A stretch of DNA of 55,954 bases, taken from the IMG/VR virus record IMGVR_UViG_3300032261_000007, positions 1-55,954 of that record; one strand, 5' to 3'. A model generated the notes under the pieces. That model made no database searches and had not been told where the DNA came from. It worked only from the letters and a program-made list of their open reading frames with translations. The stretch's first letter is position 1, and the number at the start of each line of letters is the position of its first letter. The stretch is from a virus (Duplodnaviria; Caudoviricetes). Shown here one piece after another: positions 47,248 through 54,927 of this stretch. The position numbers were made by a program, and so were the translations under genes.

Positions 47248-47808
47248 CTAACTGTCAATCTTCTCACGCTCGATCAGATTGGCGGAGTGTGCCAGATCGG
47301 CGTTGCCGATCAGCTTGCGCAGCCCATCGAGCAGTGGCTTGACGCCCTTACGGCCAATGTCGGGCGGGCTGGTGCCGCTGTACCCGGCCAGCCGGAACGG
47401 CGCGTCATACTCGGCCGTATTGTCCGGCACCGGCAAGCCAGCGACCTTATACAGCAAGACCATCAGTTCAAGCGCCTGTTCTTTTTCCTCACTCTCGCGC
47501 CTGCGCTTGGCCAAGTCTTCGGCTTCCTTGACCTTCACCAGTTCCTCGTACTGCGCAAACTCGCCGAGTAACTGACCCGGCTCGATCGTCGCCTTCTCGG
47601 TGGTGAAGCTGCCCTCGTCATCGACGTGCAAGATGAAGTGGCCGGTGATCTCGGACTTGTAATCATGCGGGCTGCCGTCGTCGGCAACCCGGTGAATAGT
47701 GACCTGCTGCACGCGAAACCGGGTCAACTGCCCGTCGCGCCGCACAGCGTAGACGGCACCGATCTTAGCCTTCGATGCCGGTACTGCTGCTGCTTTCTTC
47801 CTGCTCAT
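47248..47808 (-). CDS. Hypothetical protein
   Basis: AAGGAG before MSRKK. Confidence 0.6.
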   Translation of the reverse strand: MSRKKAAAVPASKAKIGAVYAVRRDGQLTRFRVQQVTIHRVADDGSPHDYKSEITGHFILHVDDEGSFTTEKATIEPGQLLGEFAQYEELVKVKEAEDLAKRRRESEEKEQALELMVLLYKVAGLPVPDNTAEYDAPFRLAGYSGTSPPDIGRKGVKPLLDGLRKLIGNADLAHSANLIEREKIDS

Positions 47809-47971
47809 GATCATTCTCCTTCTCGGTTGGTACAAAAGTCATTGCGATCGCGGTCGGAATACCATCGTGCATCGTGCACTCGCGAGCCAGATACAGCCAG
47901 CCGCCCGGGACTCGCATCCGCATGGTGTCGCCGCACATCCCGCGCCCTTCTACTCGTTCCCATTCGTGCAT
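47765..47971 (-). CDS. Small phage protein
   Basis: TAAGGA SD; T.R..VPGGWLY..FVP motif. Confidence 0.6.
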   Translation of the reverse strand: MHEWERVEGRGMCGDTMRMRVPGGWLYLARECTMHDGIPTAIAMTFVPTEKENDHEQEESSSSTGIEG

Positions 47972-48027
47972 CGCAATTATTCCTTAAAAGATGGCCGGGC
48001 ATTCGCGCCCGGCCACGTTGCCTCAGA

Positions 48028-49068
48028 TCACGCAGCCTTCTCGACGACCTTGAACTCACCTTCGATGATCTTGCCACCGAAAGCCTCAAGCTCGTCGGCC
48101 CGATCGTAGGACTCGACGTCGTGCGCTGTCCGCGTCACCGCGTTGGCGATGCCCCACCGGGACAAGTCGCCACCGCTGATCAAGTGGCTCAGCACACTGC
48201 CGCGCTCGCCTTCGTTCAAGCTCAGCCGCTCGGCCAGCAACTCGACGGCCTTGACCGGATCGCCTTCGATCTTCTCACCAGCGGCTTCTTTCATCTTGCC
48301 GACTAGCTTGCTGAAGGTCTGCTCGGTGAGCACTGCCCGGACCACGTCCCTAGCTTTGAGCAGGAACGCTTTGTCGTCGGCCCGCAGCGTCTCGTCGGTC
48401 AGCATCTCGTAAACGTCTTCGGTCGTATCTGCGCGACTGCCGACGTGATACTTACGGAAACCGCCAACCGGGAAGCGCATGCCGTTCAGGCAGACCAGCC
48501 GGTGAGCGAACGGCCACACCGCCATCGCGCCGTTGCCGATCTCACCATTGGTGATCTCGATACCGGCTTCGACGATATCGCCGACCTTGATCTCGGATCG
48601 CAGGGTCGGGAGCGTTGCCTTCAAGTACATCCGCGAGTCGGTCAGTGCCAATGACTGGAACTGAAGCTCGGGATGAGTCTGAAACTCAGGCAGCACCGCG
48701 GCCAGCGTATCCTCGTGCTCGATCCGCTGATACCGATCGGACAAGAACGCTCGGACCCGACCGCGTAACACGCGGACCATCCGACGCTCGTGATCCTGCT
48801 TGAACCAACGATTGCAGTTAGCCGCGTACAGGTCCGGCGCTTCGGCGCGCATCTTGTCAGCGTACTTGGCCGGGATGCCAAGCCGCGTATCAAGCTGCCG
48901 GTGCGTGTAGTCATCCATTGGCCACGCGCCCTGACCGTTCACGGCCAGCGTCTTGCCGTCATCCTGTACGACTAGCTGACGCGAGTCGGCGATCATGTCG
49001 CGCTTTTGCGCGCGCGCATCTTCGACAGCCTGCGCCAATTCAATCACTGACTTGTACTGTGTTTTCAT
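48028..49068 (-). CDS. DUF932/DUF945-like phage-plasmid protein
   Basis: RAFLSDRY, N.E.G.G, RLVCLNGM, HVG and W...NAVT motifs; strong SD. Confidence 0.78.
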   Translation of the reverse strand: MKTQYKSVIELAQAVEDARAQKRDMIADSRQLVVQDDGKTLAVNGQGAWPMDDYTHRQLDTRLGIPAKYADKMRAEAPDLYAANCNRWFKQDHERRMVRVLRGRVRAFLSDRYQRIEHEDTLAAVLPEFQTHPELQFQSLALTDSRMYLKATLPTLRSEIKVGDIVEAGIEITNGEIGNGAMAVWPFAHRLVCLNGMRFPVGGFRKYHVGSRADTTEDVYEMLTDETLRADDKAFLLKARDVVRAVLTEQTFSKLVGKMKEAAGEKIEGDPVKAVELLAERLSLNEGERGSVLSHLISGGDLSRWGIANAVTRTAHDVESYDRADELEAFGGKIIEGEFKVVEKAA

Positions 49069-49125
49069 GGGATTTGGCTCCTTTCAGCCGGGTTGGTTAC
49101 CATTTGTGCCCTTTGCACAATGCAA

Positions 49126-49154
49126 ATATAAGCGCTGGTGGAACCGAATGCAAC
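49126..49154 (-). promoter_or_regulatory. Leftward sigma70-type promoter
   Basis: GTTGCA-N17-TTATAT on the minus strand, upstream of the DUF932-like gene. Confidence 0.55.
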
Positions 49155-49189
49155 CCCAAAAACCCTGATTTTGCAGCCTATTAGGCCCC

Positions 49190-49218
49190 CTTGTATTCTA
49201 GGACCAGTGGTCCTATAT
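49190..49218 (+). promoter_or_regulatory. Rightward sigma70-type promoter with overlapping palindromic operator
   Basis: CTTGTA-N17-CTATAT (alphaproteobacterial consensus CTTGAC-N17-CTATAT); perfect TAGGACCA-G-TGGTCCTA at 49199-49215. Confidence 0.7.
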
Positions 49219-49221
49219 CTA

Positions 49222-49560
49222 AGGTGCAGGTCGGCAGTACCGGGGCGGATGCCCCTCGTGGCCGGTTCCCGGGACCCCTTCTTCCTGCTTCTCCACGGCG
49301 CGCGAAGAGCGGCCGTCACCAGTTCCGCCAGTCGGGCGGGGCGAGAAGGTTCCGGGCGGGATCAAGCCCCATTGAGCCACGGAATCATTGCGGTCTGCCC
49401 GCTGTAACGACGGCCGAGTCGGCCAAGCCACTGAAGACTCTTTCTTTGTGTGCACTTCGGTGCTCGCAAAGAAAGGGTCGTAACCTTTGCGGCGGGACAG
49501 CTTCGAGCCCGCCGTTCATTGGGCGGGTTACTCCCGCCCCGCGATTTCCAGTCTGAACCT
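49222..49560 (+). ncRNA. Structured ~340-nt leader or ncRNA of unknown family
   Basis: Ends pair (AGGTGCAG/CTGAACCT); nested helices; UUCG-capped long hairpin; no SD-led ORF. Confidence 0.55.
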
Positions 49561-49586
49561 TCTTCACCCAACCAACGGAGTCCTGA

Positions 49587-49823
49587 ATGTCTGCCTTCAA
49601 ATCGCATCTGAAGTCGATCGCCAAAGCCGTTTCTTGGCGGTTCGTCGGCGCGCTCGACAGCTTCGCGATTGCCTATCTCGTCACCGGCCATGCCGGTGCC
49701 GCGGCGGGCTTCGTCGGCTTCGAGATCGCCACCAAGAGCCTCTGGTACTACTTGCACGAGCGCGCTTGGGAGCATCCCGTCCTGGTGAAAGCGTTCGGCA
49801 AAGCGCCGAACGCTGCTCACTAA
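49587..49823 (+). CDS. DUF2061-like small membrane protein
   Basis: SIAKAVSWR..D....Y..TG..E..TK..YY.HER.W. Confidence 0.8.
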   Translation: MSAFKSHLKSIAKAVSWRFVGALDSFAIAYLVTGHAGAAAGFVGFEIATKSLWYYLHERAWEHPVLVKAFGKAPNAAH

Positions 49824-49854
49824 TCCCCACCATCAACCAACAGGGAGTCAAGCA

Positions 49855-49938
49855 ATGCTTGCTTTCTTGAAGTGGGTGTTCACGACCGACGAAGTAGTTC
49901 CTTCGCCGGTCTTCGCCGAGATCATGTCGGCGAAGTGA
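49855..49938 (+). CDS. 27-aa peptide
   Basis: GGGAG SD; MLAFLKWVFTTDEVVPSPVFAEIMSAK. Confidence 0.45.
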   Translation: MLAFLKWVFTTDEVVPSPVFAEIMSAK

Positions 49939-49983
49939 TCACTAAGGGCGGCCTTCGGGCCGCCTCATAGTGTTCACAGTTTT

Positions 49984-50825
49984 TGCCGATCGAGCGTGCG
50001 CACGCTGTGTGACGGTCGGCTACGTTCTTGCTTCGCCTTGGGTGGGTCAAGGCTACAGCGACCGGCAGAGAAAAACATCTGAGTACGAGTCGCAGAGCGG
50101 AGTGGAAATCTCCGCACAGTTCGAACGGCGCACGGTCGCCGTAAGCGTGAAGCCTATAGGGCAGGATGCCTTGGGCTGGTGATCGCATCCGTGACGCCGC
50201 GCGGGCGGCGACAGCGTCGGCCGACGCACCCGCATCAATTCGGGGCGTTAGTGCAGCGGCCAAGCACGTCGGTCCCTCAAACCGAAAACGCCGGGTTCGA
50301 GTCCCGCACGCCCTACCAAAACGACGAGCGTGGTCCGTACCGGCAAGTGAAAGACCTTGCCACGGAGTACTCAGCGCAAGCTGCGAAGCCACGACCGGCC
50401 CGCCAATGGCTTGAGGGCGGGCACCTTAAATCATCTGCACCACGTAAGAGTCCGGCCCAAAAGAGCCGCTAACAAACGAGTATCGGCTAAGCGCCGACGG
50501 CGGGGATAAGCTGGCACGTAGCGTGGCAGGCGCGAGCCTAACGACCACTGTTGCGGTGCAGATAAAGACGCAAGCGTTCGTTCGAGCAGCGAGCCCGGTC
50601 ACCGCGAACCCAAAGCGGCCCGGGCGGCAGACCCGGCTTTTGCCTGCAGGAAACCCACTGCCGAACGACGCGGAGCTTGCGGGGAACCACCGGCCGATCG
50701 GAATTGCCCAACGGGCCAAACGGGATCGGCGGTTGGTTTCGGCGGGGCGTTCCGGCCTATGGCCGTGCGGTCAAACCGCAGCCTTGCACGCTGGCGTCGC
50801 GTGCAACGCCCCACCGATACCAACC
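49984..50825 (+). ncRNA. Large ornate structured RNA candidate (GOLLD-like or novel) containing a tRNA
   Basis: About 840 nt with no credible gene; many hairpins and GNRA loops; long-range pairings. Confidence 0.6.
50242..50318 (+). tRNA. tRNA-Glu(CUC), atypical
   Basis: Acceptor GGGGCGT/ACGCCCT, D arm GTGC/GCAC, anticodon stem TCGGT/ACCGA with loop CC-CTC-AA, GTTCGAG T loop, encoded CCA. Confidence 0.8.
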
Positions 50826-50842
50826 AACCACAGGAGTCTTCG

Positions 50843-51187
50843 ATGACCACCCGAAAGGACAAGCGCCGGGCTCGTTTCACCCGTGGTGCGCCGTTGTTTA
50901 AGTGCAACGTCTGCCACCGGCTGACCCGCAACCCGGACCACAGCGGCACGATGCTGTGTGCCGAGTGCTATGAGCTTGCCGGGCTCGACAACTACGTGAA
51001 CGACAACGGCATGGTGCTCGACGCCAAGATCGTCGCCGAGCGCGATGCGCTGTTCGCTGACGCGGTCAAGCACGGCGGCGACGGCGAGCGCATCAAGAAG
51101 TGCTGCGACTATCTCTGGCCCGACGAGGATCAATTCGCGATCCCCGCCGACCTTTCTATTCCCGCGTTCCTGAAGCGGGCAGCCTGA
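50843..51187 (+). CDS. Zn-finger early protein
   Basis: AGGAG SD; CNVC...CAEC. Confidence 0.65.
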   Translation: MTTRKDKRRARFTRGAPLFKCNVCHRLTRNPDHSGTMLCAECYELAGLDNYVNDNGMVLDAKIVAERDALFADAVKHGGDGERIKKCCDYLWPDEDQFAIPADLSIPAFLKRAA

Positions 51188-51199
51188 AGGAGCCAAATC

Positions 51200-51364
51200 A
51201 TGACACCGCAATACTGGTACTGCGAGGATTGCGATCAGGTCTACCGACCCTTGTGGGCCGATGACCGATCGTTGCCGCGGGCACCGCGCGATCTGCGCTG
51301 CTCGGACTGCGGCAAGAAACTAACGCCCTATCAGTATCCCAAATACGAAGGAGCCAAGCCATGA
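51200..51364 (+). CDS. Zn-ribbon peptide (54 aa)
   Basis: GAAGGAG SD; CEDC...CSDC. Confidence 0.55.
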   Translation: MTPQYWYCEDCDQVYRPLWADDRSLPRAPRDLRCSDCGKKLTPYQYPKYEGAKP

Positions 51365-51516
51365 ACGTCAACGATCTGGCGCGCTGGATCGTGGAGCACG
51401 GTGCCGACAAACCGGCCGAGCAGCCGGAAGTCGGCACCCCGCTTTATCTGCCGGTGCCCGAGTACATTCCAACCCCAACCAAAAAGGAGATCGATTATGA
51501 AATCGACTATGCCTGA
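51361..51516 (+). CDS. Small hypothetical protein (51 aa)
   Basis: GAAGGAG SD; ATGA overlap with the upstream stop. Confidence 0.5.
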   Translation: MNVNDLARWIVEHGADKPAEQPEVGTPLYLPVPEYIPTPTKKEIDYEIDYA

Positions 51517-51544
51517 TGCCTTCTTCCGTAGCAAGGAGACGACC

Positions 51545-51766
51545 ATGATTAGGTGTCAATGGACAACAGAGCGTGTCGACTGTACCGGCTCAAAGTATGG
51601 CCTTTATAGCAGAGGCGGCGGCCAATGCAGCCGACGGGCAACCTACACAGACGGCAAGAATTTTGTGTGTACGCAACACGCCAAAGAGCCTGCCACTGTT
51701 CTGCGAATGGCTACCGGCAAGATCAAAGAGGGATTTATCAAAATCCCGCTAGGAGACGATGAATAA
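51545..51766 (+). CDS. Small Cys/His protein
   Basis: AAGGAG SD; C..QCSR..C.QH. Confidence 0.55.
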   Translation: MIRCQWTTERVDCTGSKYGLYSRGGGQCSRRATYTDGKNFVCTQHAKEPATVLRMATGKIKEGFIKIPLGDDE

Positions 51767-51841
51767 TTGTTCTGAGCACCCGGTCGTGCGTGACGAAGTC
51801 CGCAAGATCGTAACTGAAACCCAAACCGAAGGAGCCAAGTC

Positions 51842-52015
51842 ATGACCACCTTTAGAAAGATCACTGAGTGGGCGTTGCAGTCCGATACTGAACTGACAGA
51901 GGGCGACTTGGTCACCGTCAACTTGAAGAGCGGTGCGACCAAGCAAGTCAAGGTCGGTGATTTCATCCGATCGGGATACGGCAAGTTCCTGTATCACGTC
52001 GCGGATGACGAGTGA
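51842..52015 (+). CDS. Small beta-barrel-like protein (57 aa)
   Basis: GAAGGAG SD; GDLVTV..KSG..K.V.V. Confidence 0.6.
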   Translation: MTTFRKITEWALQSDTELTEGDLVTVNLKSGATKQVKVGDFIRSGYGKFLYHVADDE

Positions 52016-52063
52016 ACCGCAAGAGCTTGGCAGCGCCGCAGCGCTGCCTTGCCGTGCGATTCA
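52013..52063 (+). repeat. Stop-codon-anchored stem-loop element, copy 1
   Basis: TGAACCGCA-AG-AGC..GGCAGCGC/GCGCTGCC-TTGC-CG-TGCGATTCA. Confidence 0.75.
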
Positions 52064-52080
52064 AACCGAAGGAGCCAACT

Positions 52081-52395
52081 ATGCGTAAACTCTTAATCGC
52101 AATCGCCGCAGCGCTAGCGCTGGCAATGATGCCGACGCCGACGCAGGCAGCCACTTTAGACATCCCATACGCGATCGCAGCTAATATCCTGTACGACCGC
52201 TACTGCGAAGCGCTGCCGCAGGACGTGCTGCGCGATACCTACCTGACCGCTTCGATCATGCAGCCGGAAGAATTAGAGCGCGGCGAGCGCGACGCCCACG
52301 CCGTAATGGCGCGAGTCGGCCCGACCGCTTTCTGCGCGGGCATCAAGACTGGCAATGACCCACGCCTTGGCAATAACCTGCCAGATTTATGGTGA
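52081..52395 (+). CDS. Secreted small protein
   Basis: Signal peptide MRKLLIAIAAALALA..TQA. Confidence 0.65.
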   Translation: MRKLLIAIAAALALAMMPTPTQAATLDIPYAIAANILYDRYCEALPQDVLRDTYLTASIMQPEELERGERDAHAVMARVGPTAFCAGIKTGNDPRLGNNLPDLW

Positions 52396-52444
52396 ACCGT
52401 AGCAGCTTTGCCGCCCCATGCGGGCGGCATTGCGGTGCGATTCA
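52393..52444 (+). repeat. Stop-codon-anchored stem-loop element, copy 2
   Basis: TGAACCGTA-GC-AGC..TGCCGCCC/GGGCGGCA-TTGC-GG-TGCGATTCA. Confidence 0.75.
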
Positions 52445-52543
52445 TACACGGACAAGGCTCTGGCGGGTCAGGACTAAAAAACCGAATCCCGGTGGGTAGC
52501 GCGTGGTGATGTGGATCGCACCACCCTCACCGAAGGAGCCATC

Positions 52544-52780
52544 ATGCAAACCGCAATCCGACGCGGCACCGTCGTCTATGACGTGGCCGATCCCCGGCAT
52601 CATGGGATCGTCCGCACGCTGCACCTGTGCCACGGCAAATTCTTTGCCAACGTGCAGTGGATCGAAACCGGCTGGCTTTCCTACCGCTTACCCGTCGCCG
52701 ACTTGCGACGGGTCGCGGCCGAAGACGCCACCCTAACCGAGTGCGACCTGATGCGTCGCGCACTGAAGGAGCCAAAATGA
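52544..52780 (+). CDS. Small SH3-like hypothetical protein
   Basis: GAAGGAG SD; G.VV..PRH.G.V..ANVQW. Confidence 0.6.
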   Translation: MQTAIRRGTVVYDVADPRHHGIVRTLHLCHGKFFANVQWIETGWLSYRLPVADLRRVAAEDATLTECDLMRRALKEPK

Positions 52781-52992
52781 AAACCATGACACGCGCTGGA
52801 AAGCGTGCCGCCAAGATCGCCGACAAGCGCATCGAACGCGCCTATAACGCCACCTGTCCCGGCATCATGATCGACATCATGAACATCGGCAAAATCTTTG
52901 CCTATGGCCGAACGCAGATCGCGCAGGGCGTTGACGACGCCGCGCTGGCGTTGGCGATCCACGCCTATGTTCAAACCATCCGCGAAAACTGA
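52777..52992 (+). CDS. Hypothetical protein
   Basis: GAAGGAG SD; ATGA overlap. Confidence 0.6.
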   Translation: MKTMTRAGKRAAKIADKRIERAYNATCPGIMIDIMNIGKIFAYGRTQIAQGVDDAALALAIHAYVQTIREN

Positions 52993-53005
52993 AGGAGCCC
53001 GCACC

Positions 53006-53302
53006 ATGACAAACGTCGTATGGGGCACGGCCTTCTTCGTCAGCAAGGCCGCGGCCATCACCTACTATCGACCGTATCACTACGAAGACGTGGTCGAAGC
53101 CGTGAACCGCAAGCTCGCCGAAGGCGAGATTCACATCGGTCCGCCACCGCTCGAACCGGGCGAGTCGCTGGTCATTATCGATCAAGGCACGCGCTATGCC
53201 ATCCGCGAGTCCGACAAGCAATCGGCCGATCGGCGACAAGCCGAGCACGATGCCAGCCGGATCGCTAGTGATAACGATGACAGCCGGTTCGGCGACTACT
53301 GA
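53006..53302 (+). CDS. Hypothetical protein
   Basis: GAAGGAG SD before MTNVVWG. Confidence 0.6.
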   Translation: MTNVVWGTAFFVSKAAAITYYRPYHYEDVVEAVNRKLAEGEIHIGPPPLEPGESLVIIDQGTRYAIRESDKQSADRRQAEHDASRIASDNDDSRFGDY

Positions 53303-53352
53303 ACCACAGCAGCGATGGCCACGCCAGCGGCGTGGCGTTGCGGTGTGATTCA
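53300..53352 (+). repeat. Stop-codon-anchored stem-loop element, copy 3
   Basis: TGAACCACA-GC-AGC..GCCACGCC/GGCGTGGC-GTTGC-GG-TGTGATTCA. Confidence 0.75.
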
Positions 53353-53368
53353 AACGAAAGGAGCCAAC

Positions 53369-53596
53369 ATGAAATATGTCAGCATCAATTCGCACGTCAT
53401 CCGTTCCAATGCCGTGCACGGCACCGACGAGCCGCCGATCCGCGTGGCTTGCAGCCGCCTCGATCCCAAGCCCACCTATGCCCGCGAGTTAAAAATCGTC
53501 GGCCCGGCGCGGCTTGTCTACGATCCGCGCGAACGAATCATGCGCTGCGGCGCACGTCTGGTGCTTGAGTGCGCCGACGTCGAGATCACCCGCTAA
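53369..53596 (+). CDS. Conserved phage hypothetical protein
   Basis: N.H.IR.N...GTDEPPI..GP..LVY..CGAR pattern; AAGGAG SD. Confidence 0.65.
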   Translation: MKYVSINSHVIRSNAVHGTDEPPIRVACSRLDPKPTYARELKIVGPARLVYDPRERIMRCGARLVLECADVEITR

Positions 53597-53614
53597 CCAG
53601 AAAGGAGCCAAACC

Positions 53615-54208
53615 ATGACCGACCTACCGATCGAGCGCATAGCCCGTGTCATCAAGCACAGCGGCTATGACATCACCGTGACCGACGAGTACCGCTTCAA
53701 GATCAGCGGTCCTGACTACGACAAAGATGAATATCCGGCGGACACGCTGAGCGCAGCCAAGCGGAAGATCGACGACCACATCAAGACCCTGCACAAGCAG
53801 CAACAGATTCGAAAGCGATTGAACCTGAAGCTGCGCAACCGTGCCGGCGTGTTGGTCACCATGCGGGGCTTCCACGCCAAGAACGGCAACATGCTGAGCA
53901 CGCCCGACGTGCCGCGGTACACCGACGTCTATCCCGATGTGCCTTGGATCGTCGAAGCGCTGGCTAAGCGTGCCGAGCTTAACACCGCGATGAATAAGAT
54001 CGACGGTGAGTTGCGACCGTTCGGCTTGAAGTCCAACCAGTACGGTCACCGCGACGCCGACGCCTACGAGCGCGAGCTAAACAAATGGCTCGACGAGCTT
54101 AAGGTCAAGACGGCCGCGGCCATCAAACGGGTGCAAGACGCAATACCGGCGCGTGGCAATCTCGCGGCAGATACCCGGATAACAAACCCTAACCAGCAGG
54201 GCATCTGA
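53615..54208 (+). CDS. Hypothetical protein
   Basis: 197 aa; AAGGAG SD. Confidence 0.65.
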   Translation: MTDLPIERIARVIKHSGYDITVTDEYRFKISGPDYDKDEYPADTLSAAKRKIDDHIKTLHKQQQIRKRLNLKLRNRAGVLVTMRGFHAKNGNMLSTPDVPRYTDVYPDVPWIVEALAKRAELNTAMNKIDGELRPFGLKSNQYGHRDADAYERELNKWLDELKVKTAAAIKRVQDAIPARGNLAADTRITNPNQQGI

Positions 54209-54266
54209 TCACCTCCCCTTCAGTGGCTTGGCCCGCTCGACCACCAAGCCTGAAAGGAGTCTAACC

Positions 54267-54479
54267 ATGGGACTGTATGTAGTTCACCTAATCCAAGCAG
54301 CGTACCGGCAGCGGCCCGACAAGCCGCCGCTCAAGGTGCTTTATAATGGCGACGATCGCGCTGCCGCGCTCGACGCCGTTACGGCTGCGCATGAACGCCC
54401 GGAAAATACCGGATTGTACGTGCGCTTTTACGACTTCCATATGTTCGGCGGCGGCATGAAAGACACGGCAATCACATGA
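54267..54479 (+). CDS. Hypothetical protein
   Basis: AAGGAG SD before MGLYVV. Confidence 0.55.
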   Translation: MGLYVVHLIQAAYRQRPDKPPLKVLYNGDDRAAALDAVTAAHERPENTGLYVRFYDFHMFGGGMKDTAIT

Positions 54480-54730
54480 GAACGATCAAAGCCGTGATCC
54501 TGCTCGCCCTGCTGCTGTTGCACCCGCTGCCAGCCTACGGCGGCGACCTGTACCGTATCGGACCCGGGCCGCCCTACGGCTACGGCTATTCCGGCCCCGG
54601 CAGCTATACCAACGTGCCCGACCCAAGCTGGCCGGACCTGCACGCCATCCAACAGCGAGACCGCTATGACACCCGGCCGCCTGCGCCTGCTCCTGACCGA
54701 GCACGGGCTGAACCAGACCGAAGCCGCTAG
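54476..54730 (+). CDS. Small secreted Pro/Gly/Tyr-rich protein
   Basis: Signal peptide; ATGA overlap. Confidence 0.45.
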   Translation: MRTIKAVILLALLLLHPLPAYGGDLYRIGPGPPYGYGYSGPGSYTNVPDPSWPDLHAIQQRDRYDTRPPAPAPDRARAEPDRSR

Positions 54731-54881
54731 GCTGTGCGGCGTCGAGCCCCGGACCGTGCGGCGCTGGCTGGCCGGTGACCGGCCGATCCCGCACTGGATC
54801 GATCGGCTGTTCTGGCTGATCGATCTGGCTAGATCAAAGAAGGCGACCGACGCCCGGCAGATGCTCAAGACCCTCGAATAA
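54666..54881 (+). CDS. XRE/Cro-type HTH regulator
   Basis: GLNQTEAARLCGVEPRTVRRWLAG..PIP. Confidence 0.8.
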   Translation: MTPGRLRLLLTEHGLNQTEAARLCGVEPRTVRRWLAGDRPIPHWIDRLFWLIDLARSKKATDARQMLKTLE

Positions 54882-54927
54882 AAAGCCGCCCGGCTGGCCT
54901 TGCAAACCTAACGACCGGGCGGCTCTT
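54880..54927. terminator. Stem-loop at the strand convergence (probable terminator for minus-strand genes)
   Basis: AAAAAGCCGCCCGG-N21-CCGGGCGGCT. Confidence 0.5.

Noticed and set aside
50269-50285. Reading the tRNA as a TCA (opal/Sec) suppressor
   Set aside because: The perfect TCGGT/ACCGA stem fixes a 7-nt loop with CTC at 34-36; no long variable arm.
50446-50640. RNase P RNA-like P4 pair AAGAGTCCGG / ACCCGGCTTT
   Set aside because: The GAGGAAAGUC and ACAGAA conserved regions and a P1 closing helix were not found; kept only as a possible helix within the large RNA.
49191-50949. ORF-track calls across the two structured RNA regions (e.g. 49191..49556, 49922..50392, 50523..50846)
   Set aside because: No SD, Arg/Ala/Pro-rich noise-like composition, and overlap with a promoter and a tRNA.
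51768-51822. Hammerhead-like CTGA...GAAAC in an intergenic gap
   Set aside because: Core reads CTGAGCA, not CUGANGA, and no stem I/III arrangement could be built.
52013-53352. CRISPR array or classical integron
   Set aside because: Copies are separated by whole genes, are not identical, lack GTTRRRY/RYYYAAC cores, and no cas or integrase gene is in the window.
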